Positions 22,590 through 33,469 of a DNA stretch of 64,000 nucleotides are shown here, piece after piece (position 1 is the stretch's first letter; each line of letters begins with the position of its first letter). The notes under the pieces were generated by a model. The model searched no databases and was not told the DNA's origin. It was given only the letters and a program-made list of their open reading frames with translations. The translations under genes were made by a program, and so were the position numbers. This DNA comes from Williopsis jadinii (lineage: Eukaryota), in assembly GCA_024346625.1 (NCBI GenBank), contig AP024667.1, positions 1,240,001-1,304,000 of the forward strand, given 5' to 3'.

Positions 22590-24440
22590 TCATGATGGCC
22601 TTTAGACTTTGATTATCGAGTTCAGTGTGAGCAAAAGCCTGACACTCTCCATGTTGATTCTCATCATTTTGAACCTCAACATTGGCTCCAGTATTCATGG
22701 CATAAGCAATTGCTATCATAGATCAGTTATATTTTTGCAAGATACTTCTCAATGCCAACTTCTGCACTTTGTGAGAAAATGTATTGTATTTCAGAATTTG
22801 TGCAAAGTACCAGAGTCCGGCTGTCAACAATCTCTTTGAGATAACTTTTTGCCTCTTCAAATCCCAATTCAATGGTTTCATTGAGCCATCTATTGGACGT
22901 TTCAGCTGGCTTCTGCCAAATCTCAGCTAACTGTACAACAAAGCCTTAAAACTCGACAATACAGTCACATAAAGTAAACCCTTTTTCCTTAAAATGTTTT
23001 TCAGTCATTGCAGTGAACATTTACATAATCCCCTTGAATGATGTCATTTGACAGTACTCCTCTGAGGAGGACTTCTGGAACTTTTCAAACAGATCCGTGG
23101 AGTTCGTCCACTATCACACTGTTCTTAACAAAACTATCAAGTGAATGAGCAAAGAGTTCCATCTTTTTTGCAACAACGTTGAACCCTCAGAACATCGTGC
23201 TCTTCTTTAAAGGCTCGGATAACTCCATTGGATTCATGAGAATGACTTAACATCTAACAGAGCTTGTTATTCTTCCCTGGAGCAGCTCTCAAATCTGCGC
23301 AGAGACATTCATTCAGCTTTTCAGAAAGTGCCAACGCTACCTTAGTTGCTTCTTCGGAAGTCTCAGACCCAACTTCCTTATTTCAATTAACTTCATCCGC
23401 TGATTCTTCATATCTGTCTCCCGGGATTAGAACAGTGCTTGTTGGTCCAAGTCCGTTTACAATATTACCTGAAACATGATTCAGAATATGGCAAAAACAT
23501 CTGATATCCGATGTCTCAGTATAAAGTACATAGTCATCACCCCCGCAAGTGTTCGCTTCAACGAGGCCATAACACTAGCATTGTCAGTAGTACACGAAAC
23601 AAAATATTCACAAGATCATATTGTCCCAATCTTCTTATGAAGGCCATTGTAGACATCAGCTGCCCATTTACCATGTAGTCCAATCATCGCAGTTAAAGCC
23701 GAATGTCGAACTATAGTACCATTGCTACGTTCACAGGTAGTTGTGATGTTCACTACCAAGTAAGAGCACCCTTGGCAGGACATATTTTCTGAAAAACCAG
23801 CAGTTTTATCTTATATCAAAGAGTCAAATCATCAGCCATAGTGTTCGTTTGATTTCTATACATCTTGTTATTGAACCCAAGTCGTCACTGGAGTTCTCAA
23901 AGATAAAGATTCTCCAAACTCTTGGGTGTCAAACTGCTGGCCAAAAAGAAAGCAACCATCAGGTTCTCAGAGCTGACTCTTTTCTGAGATGAAACCTGTG
24001 TGGTTGTTGTTCTGACTTCTGTGACTGTGAGCTATTCCTTGGCTCGGCGATTTGAACTGGCTATACACTGATAACTAAAGATTCAATGGAGAACAGACAG
24101 TACTGCTTGGCTGGTTAGAAGACACTCGAGGCTCCTCAGCACACACCGCTCACAACGTTACTACCGGAACTGGTGCTCTTTTTAGAACTTGAGGAATAAC
24201 AAAATTTGCTCGCCATGCTACACAGATCCAAGTTCTACAATGAAACACTTGGAATTTGCCAGCCAGTTTCTCATAAGTGACGAGGAACTGAGGACCTGTT
24301 GAGGACCTGCAGAATCCTCCCGTACCGAAAGTTTGACAGTATGCGGGTTCTCATTCAGGTGCTTGGTAGGGACACTGGTGGAAGAATTTGAATTTCTCCG
24401 GCGGGCTCTTGCCCAATTTCGACACGCCACGCGACTCAAA
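22590..24440 (-). mobile_element. Decayed hAT-superfamily DNA transposase (stops, frameshifts, deletions)
   Basis: Minus-strand fragments in hAT order: STSVPTKHLNENPH (BED-finger tail-like, ~24386-24343), MVAFFLASSLTPKSLEN, SYLVVNIT, TTDNASVM (23591-23568), RCFCHILN (23502-23479) and a C-terminal TGANVE / RINMESVRLLL dimerisation-like segment (~22695-22630). No TIRs found. Confidence 0.8.
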
Positions 24441-24746
24441 TCGACGCGTTACGGGTAATACGCAAGTAGAAGAGGAAACGCGGTGTGGGCACTGGCATGA
24501 ATACAACATATTCCCTTTCACCATTCAGAGACGATTAAGAAATTGGAGAGTCACTTTCAAAATGGCAATATTATGGATCTGATTACTAGCGGAGGGGGTC
24601 TATATATGCAAATGAGTATTAGAACTGTTTGGTTGGTCTTTAAATCGATGTCCCGTGTGTGAAATTGTCCGGAAAACAATGTTGGAGTTACCGTTTCCCT
24701 GGTGGGATATCTAAGGAAACAAATGAAGTAGGAGCACATTTTTGTT

Positions 24747-26654
24747 TCATTGACCATTGACATTTTTCGTCTTGATCTCAACATCTTCTGGATGAGCTCT
24801 TAACCATTGTAGATGATCCGTGACTTTCTTGCACCATAGTTGTGGTACTTGCAATCCTTGTATCGATATATCTCCATGGTTACACAGTAACCATTGCATG
24901 GATTCCCAGATCTTGGCCTCAGCATCAAATCCTAGCTCCTCGTGAAGGTAATGGGAATATAGTCTTCTTCTGTTACCTGCAGTGTCGTGGATCTTTCTGA
25001 ATCCATTACCATCAACTTGCCATGGGTATAGCTTCGGCTGATTACAATGCAAGAACATCGTCTCAGATTCTTTGTACTTATGCATAGGGTAGTTATTCTT
25101 CTTTCTGTTGTAGACCCACTTGTCATCTTTATACTTCTCAGGCTCCTGACCTTGTAGGTAGTCCAGTATTGGATCGTACTGGCCCATGGCGTTGATATGG
25201 AACTCGTATCCGCCGATTACTTCACCATACTCCCTGATATATTCTTGAACTTGGTAATATGGAAGCCCCATCTGGTGAGCTGCTGCTAAGAATGTTTCCT
25301 TATCGCCCTCGCCTGCTTGTCCTTGGGAGAGCAACCCGTAATAATACTTTGGTCCAAAGAAGTTGTAGTATAAAGACAAGAAGATGGCCTTCGCATGTGT
25401 TTTCTTGTTAATCAGAAGTTGACCGGTCTCTGACGACGCTTCTGGCAATGTACCTTCCAAGTCGTGGTACGAGATCTTCCATTCATAGTCTTCGTGAGTC
25501 TCCAGAGGCTGTGGGTGATCACGTTCGTCTCCGTAGGAGAATCTGACTTGATGAGTCTCATTAACCGTGATGTTGGCAATCTCGTAGTACAACGGACTTG
25601 TCGAGCGTCTCCAGAAATCTGGCCATACAATCATTCCATTAGACTTGAATGGTTCATTGATGAAAAGCAGGTCAGGGTTCTTCAGAGGGATGTTATCTGA
25701 ATCAAGCATCAGCACTTCCTCGAATGTCGTCAACAACAACGCCATTGATTTCAACTGATACCCTCTGAACCTGTACTTTTTCGTATTAACGTATTTCGCC
25801 ATAAGAATACACTCAGCACCAAGAATAGGGAATACTCTTTTACACAGCTCAGAGGAATACTCAGAATCATCAGGAATAAACACCTCCACTGGTAACCTCG
25901 AGCCTGTGTTTCGTAGCATAACCAATGAGAGCAACACTAACCAGTTGTACTTACCACCACCAGCGTACAGTATACCTCGACGTTTGAGCTTCTTCTCGAA
26001 CTCATCAGGGAACTTGTCAGGAAGGAGATCCACTATCTTTTGGTGTGAGACCTTCATCTGTGCCATCTCATCTTCACTGAGCTGCATATAACTTCTAAGG
26101 TATTCTTTACTTCTTATTGGATCAACCCCATTATTCTCACGCAGTTTCCCTAAAAGTGTCGGCATCTTATGCATTCTTGTTTTCTGGTATACGTTGGACG
26201 CATTGTAGTGGTTCGAGTTGTTTATCGCCTCGATGCTAGGTTTTGAGCTGAGGATGTTCTCTAACAGCTCAGAGACAAACTTCTTGAACGTTGACTGTCT
26301 ATTCAGCTCAGCGTCTAAGCGTTCCTTGTTCGTGAATTCAGGGTACTCGTCATTCAGATAGTACTCCTCCTCAGTGTAATCCAGAATAGTGTGGACATCA
26401 CCTTCGATTGACGTACGTTTCCCCTTATGCTCAGCAATGACTTTGAACCCATCCTCCGTCTCGAAATATGGGTTGGGGTAGTGTGTTCTCAATTGTCGAT
26501 CTGTGGGTACATGTGCCTTTTCAATGTTGAACAAAGAGCTTCCTAACAAGAAATATGCCAAAAGCAACAATTCAGTGAGTACCAACAGTACAACCCATCG
26601 CTTTCTGGCCCTTCCCTGCAACGCTTTTATTAACATTGGACGATAAAATTCCAT
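24747..26654 (-). CDS. Mnn2-family alpha-1,2-mannosyltransferase, copy C
   Basis: Same motifs as copy A. First ATG at 26654. Confidence 0.9.
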   Translation of the reverse strand: MEFYRPMLIKALQGRARKRWVVLLVLTELLLLAYFLLGSSLFNIEKAHVPTDRQLRTHYPNPYFETEDGFKVIAEHKGKRTSIEGDVHTILDYTEEEYYLNDEYPEFTNKERLDAELNRQSTFKKFVSELLENILSSKPSIEAINNSNHYNASNVYQKTRMHKMPTLLGKLRENNGVDPIRSKEYLRSYMQLSEDEMAQMKVSHQKIVDLLPDKFPDEFEKKLKRRGILYAGGGKYNWLVLLSLVMLRNTGSRLPVEVFIPDDSEYSSELCKRVFPILGAECILMAKYVNTKKYRFRGYQLKSMALLLTTFEEVLMLDSDNIPLKNPDLLFINEPFKSNGMIVWPDFWRRSTSPLYYEIANITVNETHQVRFSYGDERDHPQPLETHEDYEWKISYHDLEGTLPEASSETGQLLINKKTHAKAIFLSLYYNFFGPKYYYGLLSQGQAGEGDKETFLAAAHQMGLPYYQVQEYIREYGEVIGGYEFHINAMGQYDPILDYLQGQEPEKYKDDKWVYNRKKNNYPMHKYKESETMFLHCNQPKLYPWQVDGNGFRKIHDTAGNRRRLYSHYLHEELGFDAEAKIWESMQWLLCNHGDISIQGLQVPQLWCKKVTDHLQWLRAHPEDVEIKTKNVNGQ

Positions 26655-28066
26655 GTGGGTAATTCCTAACAACAGATAAAGATGTAACTCAAACTCGATG
26701 TATACAAAACCTGGGATTTAAATATCAAAAGGTGGATGAACAAGGAGACCAAGGTATTCCCAAGCCTCAGTTGTCCACAGATTAGTCAACATCTCACAGT
26801 TTTATCATGAATGAATTTGGGGCTGCTCTGTTCTTCTTCCTCGAAAGAATGCGTTGTGCATATAAGTGCATAGTATAACACTAGATCTTTGAATTGCATG
26901 AAGCAAAAGCCGGTCCCGAACATTGAAAGCTCTAGCTCGTAAGTTATACAAGTTGGAAGTTGATAGCATGAATGCTGTTTCTTAATTTTAGTGATCGTTT
27001 TGCGAAACCCAAGCCTCTTGGCATAAACGTTAAATAGTTTATACACTGTTAAAAAGCCTTTATGAGATGTTCGAATCAGAGCCTATCTACTTACCTACTA
27101 GACGCGTGACTGGAGTAAATCACATTTGGCGTCAACATACATCGATTCCTTGCGAGCATCAGCCAGTGCACCCTTCAATTACTTAGTGAAACATGGTTAT
27201 CCAGCCTCAAGTATGCTTATAAGCCACGCTAACCATAGAACAAACCGAATATTGGTTCTTGTTCAAGGCATATTACTCTATTCAATGCCATACATAAATC
27301 ATACGGCTCACGTGCATATTGAGCAGCCTTCATTTCAGTTGCCAAGGAGCAGCCCACACCATATACATATCAATCTAGAACGTTTAGTGGCATTACAACA
27401 TATTCAGGAACAATCTTTTCAATTTCAACTCATTAAGATGCTGGAAATTTACGGAGCCATACTCACCAGGTCTTCTAGTTTAATTACATCTGCTGAAACA
27501 ATCAAATTTATGTGAACATAAGCAACTGTGTGCCTTCAAGGCTTAGTCAAGTTTTCAGTGATTCGGTGAAAGGTCAAAGCCTTTTGAACTCGGCCTTACA
27601 GAAGCCGGGAACAGCACAAAGGGTTTGTTACCACCAATGAGATATCGAGAATATACGCTAACTAACTGAAGCAATTTGAGTCAACGGTTGTGCATGTTTG
27701 AGGTTGGTATGCGTTTGACAAGTTTTCTGTTGTTGGTTCTTGGAAGATTTTGCACAGCCCACTACATGTGCCAGATGGAATAGAGCACCAAGCATGCCAT
27801 GCACTGCTGCTAGTATTAGGTTTTCTAAGCCAATTTTCGGAGCATGAATAGTCGCCATATCATTGGCGATAGTCTTGTGTGATAGATGTTATTGCTATTG
27901 GCAGAATTTGTTCTACAACTTGTACTACAAAGTAGAAGTATTCAAATGCAATCTCTTCATCCTTATTTTAAAGTCTTACCCCAGCCCCCAGAGCCATATC
28001 TGCTTTTGCTCTTAAATACAATTATAACCATAAAATGCTGAAATGGCGTTGCAACTCTACCTTTTA

Positions 28067-30073
28067 TCAACGATTTGATTTTTCTTCTCCTTTAATTTCA
28101 ACATCTTCTGGATGTATTTTCAACCAATCCAGCTGTTCTGTTACCTTAGCACACCACTTGTCTGAATCCCGTGAACCTCTGAAGCTTATGTCTCCATGGT
28201 TACACAGTAGCCATTGCATGGATTCCCAGATCTTGGCCTCAGCATCAAATCCTAACTCCTCGTGAAGGTAATGGGAATACAGTCTTCTTCTGTTACCTGC
28301 AGTGTCGTGGATCTTTCTGAACCCATTACCATCAACTTTCCATGGGTATAGCTTCGGCTGATTACAATGCAAGAACATTGTCTCAGACTCTTTGTACTTA
28401 TGCATAGGGTAGTTGTTTTTCTTTCTGTCGTAGACCCACTTGTCATATTTATACTTCTCAGGCTCCTGACCTTGTAGGTAGTCAAGTATTGGATCATACT
28501 GACCCATTGCAGCTATATGAAATTCATATTCCCCAGTGGATTCTCCAAACTCACGGATGTATTCTTGAACTTGGTAATATGGAAGTCCCAACTTATGAGC
28601 TGCTGCTAATATGGTTTCCTTGTCACCCTCACCTGCTTGTCCTTGGGAGAACAACCCGTAGTAGTAATCAGGTCCAAAGAAGTTGTAGTATAAAGACAGG
28701 AAGATAGCCTTTGCGTGTGTCTTCTTGTTAATCAGAAGCTGCCCAGTCTCTGACGATGCTTCTGGCAATGTACCTTCCAAATCGTGGTACGAGATCTTCC
28801 ATTCATAGTCTTCGTGAGTCTCCAGAGGCTGTGGGTGATCACGTTCGTCTCCGTAGGAGAATCTGACTTGATGAGTCTCATTAACCGTGATGTTGGCAAT
28901 CTCGTAGTACAACGGACTTGTCGAGCGTCTCCAGAAATCCGGCCATACAATCATTCCATTAGACTTGTAAGGTTCATTAATGAACATGTAATCCGGGTTC
29001 TTCAAAGGAATGTTGTCGGAATCTAATAGTAAAACTTCTTCGAATGAGGTTAACAACAATGCCATTGACTTCAGCTGATACCCTTTAAATTTGTACCTCT
29101 TCACATCAACATAGTTCTCCATGAGGAGACATTTAGCACCAAACACTGGGAACACTCTGTTACACAAATCGGATTGATAATCTGAATCCTTTGGGATAAA
29201 TACTTCAACTGGTAATTTGGAACCAGTCTGTCTAAGCATAACCAATGAAAGCAATACAAGCCAGTTGTAACTACCACCACCGGCGTATAATATACCTCTG
29301 CCTTTGATTTCCGATGAGACTTCACTTGGGAAGCCATCCGGTAAAAGATTCATAGCTTTGTGATGAGAACCCTTTAAAAAGTCCAACTCCTCATCACTCA
29401 AAGTCAGATAACTTCGCAAATATTCTTTACTCCTTATTGGATCAGCGCCGTTATTCTCACGTAGCTTACCATCCAAAACTGGCATCTTATGATGTTGAAC
29501 ATTTTTATAGACATTCGAGCTGTTGTAATGACCTGGGTTATTTATAGCACCTATTGGAGGTCTACATTCAACAACCTTTTCGAGCAGTTCGGATACAAAC
29601 TGCTTAAAAGCAGACTGCTTATTCAGCTCCAAATCCAATCCATCTCTATTCGTGTAGTCATTGAGCTCCTTGTTAGTGTAGTAATCGTCCGCCTTAAAAT
29701 CGGAAATCACATGGATATCATCGTCCGACGATAGCATTCGGTCGACGTAAACCTGCCCATCAACTTCAGGATTAGCTAGTATGATCTTAAACCCATCTTT
29801 GGATTGGTAATATGCATCTGAATCGTAGTCGTCGTGTAGATTCGACATTGCTAATCCCGCGCTTGCCGTTACGTCTGTAGTTGCACCTGCCGTGATAGGT
29901 GTCTTCGCTGTTGACCCTGATTTATCATCAGAAGCCGTCACCATTGCGACGTCATCTGTAGTGAGAGAGTACTGTAACTGAAGACAAGTGAGTAACAACA
30001 GCAAAGTCCCGAGGACAGCACCTATCAGTGACCTCAAACTTTTCAGCCTCAACGGAATTTTCAGCATATTCAT
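28067..30073 (-). CDS. Mnn2-family alpha-1,2-mannosyltransferase, copy D (most diverged, Ser/Thr/Ala-rich stem)
   Basis: Same motifs as copy A. First ATG at 30073 (alternative at 30067). Confidence 0.9.
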   Translation of the reverse strand: MNMLKIPLRLKSLRSLIGAVLGTLLLLLTCLQLQYSLTTDDVAMVTASDDKSGSTAKTPITAGATTDVTASAGLAMSNLHDDYDSDAYYQSKDGFKIILANPEVDGQVYVDRMLSSDDDIHVISDFKADDYYTNKELNDYTNRDGLDLELNKQSAFKQFVSELLEKVVECRPPIGAINNPGHYNSSNVYKNVQHHKMPVLDGKLRENNGADPIRSKEYLRSYLTLSDEELDFLKGSHHKAMNLLPDGFPSEVSSEIKGRGILYAGGGSYNWLVLLSLVMLRQTGSKLPVEVFIPKDSDYQSDLCNRVFPVFGAKCLLMENYVDVKRYKFKGYQLKSMALLLTSFEEVLLLDSDNIPLKNPDYMFINEPYKSNGMIVWPDFWRRSTSPLYYEIANITVNETHQVRFSYGDERDHPQPLETHEDYEWKISYHDLEGTLPEASSETGQLLINKKTHAKAIFLSLYYNFFGPDYYYGLFSQGQAGEGDKETILAAAHKLGLPYYQVQEYIREFGESTGEYEFHIAAMGQYDPILDYLQGQEPEKYKYDKWVYDRKKNNYPMHKYKESETMFLHCNQPKLYPWKVDGNGFRKIHDTAGNRRRLYSHYLHEELGFDAEAKIWESMQWLLCNHGDISFRGSRDSDKWCAKVTEQLDWLKIHPEDVEIKGEEKSNR

Positions 30074-30391
30074 CCACACCGTGTAATTATCTAGAGCCTC
30101 CAACACGTCTATTGAACTGAAGCCATAGATCAAAACCGGAAAAGAGAGAGTATGTAGAAGAGCGAAGCTGAAAGAACAACAATAACAAAAAAATCAAAAA
30201 ACCATGACAATATATATAGCGGTGATGAAAACTTGCGGGAGGGCTGTGCGACGCCTCTACACGTTCTAGAATTCAAAGCACTACGCGGTGTCTCCTGAGT
30301 AGATTTACGGCAGCCTTAAAAATGCCATCAACGCATTAGATGAGGATTGTGTGGTTTAAATGATGTACGGTCAGACAGCCTGCCAATTGTT

Positions 30392-30422
30392 GGAGAGAGA
30401 GAGAGTGTGTGTGTGTGTGTGT
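30392..30422 (+). repeat. Compound (GA)n(GT)n microsatellite
   Basis: gagagagagagagtgtgtgtgtgtgtgt. Confidence 0.9.
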
Positions 30423-31448
30423 TGTTCTCAACTCTACGCCCAATGCTTGCTCGACGGTGTGGTGATCTTTTTGTTGAGCGAGGGATGGGCTGTGTCTACA
30501 CGTAGGCTTCAGAAATTGAGTGGCAGTTGGTGATGGTTAGTGAATTTTTGCGCCATCATGGGCGGTCTCTGGTGCAAACGGTGTTTCACTCAACTTCTCA
30601 TTCGTCCAGCTGGAATGGAGATACATCCTTTTAGCCCGTGATCGATGTTACATGTGCGTCATAAGCCGACAAGGCAGCCCAAGAACAGCCATGGACACCC
30701 CTTTTTGCTACATAATGAAGCACCCGGTATCCAGGAACTCAGGCACCTTACATGGACGATTGTATGGAGCCCGAATTGCCGAGAATTGTGGTGTGGGAGG
30801 AAGATCGCTTTTGTTGGGCTCCACCATAAACACCGATGTACCTTCAGTAACTTCATACACTTAATACAACGCACGGTTTGGATGGCACAACGTTAAAAGA
30901 TTCCTCCAAACGAGAACATCTCAGTGTAAACCGAGATCGACAGAGTCAGCAAGCCTGTTTGCACAACACGGTCACATCTTGGAGAAGTAATGTGCTGGCT
31001 TTCTATACTTTCCCACCTGTGCGTAAGCTGTTCTAAGCCTCAACTCTGGTGCCCCAGTTGGGGCTTTTCCAAAACAGTTTCCCGGGCCAATCGCCGGGGG
31101 TTATTACCTAACAAAAGCACATCCCATGAGAAATGCTTGCAAAAGAGGAATACATGTGAGCCAGTTCAAGCCTGGTACGTATGTTCCAATATGTTTGCGC
31201 CCTCGTCCGTTCCAGTGGTTTTACACTTTGGGTTCAACGGAGCGCTTTCATATATAGAGAGCCAAATGCATCGGGAGTTCCTATTCGGGGAATTGCCTAT
31301 TCGGGAAAGCCTGTGTGGTGGTGTTCGGGTGTATATTTATAGGTATATACACACAACTCGCTAGTGCAATTCACGCTCATCAGGTGCACTTGAGAGGACA
31401 ACGCGGTTCTCTAAACCCAGAGACAGTGGCCCTTCGAGTGATTGAACT

Positions 31449-33113
31449 ATGGACTCTTCGGATTTGGAGAGTTGTTGTGATTTGCAGCCACCTCAGCTGC
31501 CGGTGAAACCACAGAGGATGCCATCATTATCACAGCTGACAGTTGGCAACACTACAAAGACCATAAAGCTGTCAGAATTACAGGCACACGCAACCACTGG
31601 TATATCCATGGAGAATGCCCTGACAGTGCCGTCGGCTCTGCCCAAGAGCTCGCACTCTAATATGGACGAACGCTCCCAGTCTATGGGGTATAGCAATGAA
31701 GATGACTTTCTCCTGGATCGCACAGATGCGATGTCCATAAGGACAACACCAACGTTGACCATATACACCGATGATGACTATGATGATGGTGAAGATGGGC
31801 ATAGCTTTGTGGATAGGCTAGAACACATAATGAGCCAATCTTCGTTATCGGGTTTGAAATTGCAGTTTGGTGAAGATGATTGTCTGGAGTTGGATGATTC
31901 CAAACAGTTCTTTGTGTTGTCAAACGCTGGCAAACCGATATACTCGAATCTCTTGAAAGAAGAGGAGAAAACGGTTGGATACGGTGGCATTATACAGACA
32001 TTTGTTGATTCTTTCCTTCATGATGGATCAAAGCTGAAATCCTTTGTTGCTGGCTCCACAAGGTTCACCATCTTGAACGAATCTCCCATTATACTCATGG
32101 CATGTTCAAAATTGAAAGAAGAAGACTCTGATCTTCTCAACCAGCTGGATCTACTATACAGCTTCTTGCTGTCCACTTTTAGTAAACCACACATTGTTAG
32201 ATCATTTCAGAATAAAGAAAGTTTCGATTTGGGAAAGCATTTGGGCCGCTCATGCGTTTCAGGTTTGGACTATCTCTGTAAAGAAATGTCTAGTTTCAAT
32301 CCTGGCATAATGTTGGGTGCATTACAAAGCATCAAGCTGAAGAAAACGATCAGGGACAAGATTTGTCATTCTCTATTACACAATAGGAGTAAAGACATTC
32401 TCTACGGCGTACTGGCTGCACCTGGGGGGAAATTGATCAACATTATGAGGCCAAAGACCCATACTTTACACACAACTGATTTACAGCTCCTATTTCTGAC
32501 GGTTGAGAACCAAAGCAAAGATCAAGCGGATGATGAAGAGCTGTGGCTACCTATCTGCTTGCCAAAATTCAACCCTAACGGGTTTCTTTATGCATATGTC
32601 AAGTACATAGGACAGGTGTTTCTGATCCTGGTCAGTCCTGACAAAGGTGCATTTTTTGAAGTTAGAGATATCGCAAACCAGATGGTCCAAGATATGAATA
32701 AAAAGAAGATCTTTGACGCACTTGAAATGTCGATATCAAGAGGTATATCTACAGTGGATATTCCTGCTCCTCTAGTGTACCATTTCATCTATAAATCGAA
32801 AAGACATCTGCAGTATGTTATGCCCACAACACAATCAAATTTGGCCAACGCCAAGCACCTTTACAAATACTACTTGGAGTTACATTCCAGTGTGAACAGG
32901 AATAACAGGATTAGCATCTCATACATGAGATGGGAACATACTAACTCCACTCAGCTAGCAGGAATTGGGTGGACGACACCAAAATATGAACTTTTCCTAA
33001 TCACAGGGAGTATAGTTAAGAAGGACATCTTGGTCAAGAGTGCCAAATCAATTGTCAACTGGTGCAGAAAACACGATGATCGGCTGTTCGTGTGCCAAGG
33101 AGCAGTATTCTAA
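31449..33113 (+). CDS. MON1: Mon1 subunit of the Mon1-Ccz1 Ypt7 GEF
   Basis: KQFFVLSNAGKPIYS, HTLHTTDLQLLF, ELWLPICLPKFNPNGFLYAY and C-terminal RLFV..GAVF. Confidence 0.93.
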   Translation: MDSSDLESCCDLQPPQLPVKPQRMPSLSQLTVGNTTKTIKLSELQAHATTGISMENALTVPSALPKSSHSNMDERSQSMGYSNEDDFLLDRTDAMSIRTTPTLTIYTDDDYDDGEDGHSFVDRLEHIMSQSSLSGLKLQFGEDDCLELDDSKQFFVLSNAGKPIYSNLLKEEEKTVGYGGIIQTFVDSFLHDGSKLKSFVAGSTRFTILNESPIILMACSKLKEEDSDLLNQLDLLYSFLLSTFSKPHIVRSFQNKESFDLGKHLGRSCVSGLDYLCKEMSSFNPGIMLGALQSIKLKKTIRDKICHSLLHNRSKDILYGVLAAPGGKLINIMRPKTHTLHTTDLQLLFLTVENQSKDQADDEELWLPICLPKFNPNGFLYAYVKYIGQVFLILVSPDKGAFFEVRDIANQMVQDMNKKKIFDALEMSISRGISTVDIPAPLVYHFIYKSKRHLQYVMPTTQSNLANAKHLYKYYLELHSSVNRNNRISISYMRWEHTNSTQLAGIGWTTPKYELFLITGSIVKKDILVKSAKSIVNWCRKHDDRLFVCQGAVF

Positions 33114-33469
33114 GCTCTCTTTCGCTCTTTCCATAGTAGATCTAACGTTAGAGAACCGCATTTTGGAGAACAAGTCTCACGATACTGGCGTAATACACGA
33201 TACATGGTACTCAGACACAATTCCAAGTGTTTTTATAACTCCAAACACATACCTATATCGTCACCTTCAATATCATCCTCCCCTATATACATGCCAATAA
33301 TGTCCTCGGAAGTATACCCCGAGGAGTTCCGAGGTTTTCATCTTGCCCCTACCGCTTTTGTGCCTGGTGCCTGTGCCTGTGCCTGTGTCATTTTGATATA
33401 TAACATTCTCCCGTAGCATTGTTGACAATACCTTGATTTGTTGTTATTGCTGTTGTGTCTTGAGGAAGG

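Noticed and set aside
22873..22900. NRWLNET as the hAT TRWNS motif
   Set aside because: It lies too far downstream of the CxxH motif relative to the usual order; probably coincidental.
22200..24560. Terminal inverted repeats or target-site duplication for the hAT relic (e.g. ...ggtgtgggcactg near 24482-24494)
   Set aside because: No matching inverted copy was found on the left side by eye.
15655..28950. Recurrent small ORFs (MTSGSTTERR.., MYGQISGDAR.., MVRDLPF..) seen three to four times
   Set aside because: They recur only because the host MNN2 paralogs are near-identical; there is no independent evidence of coding.
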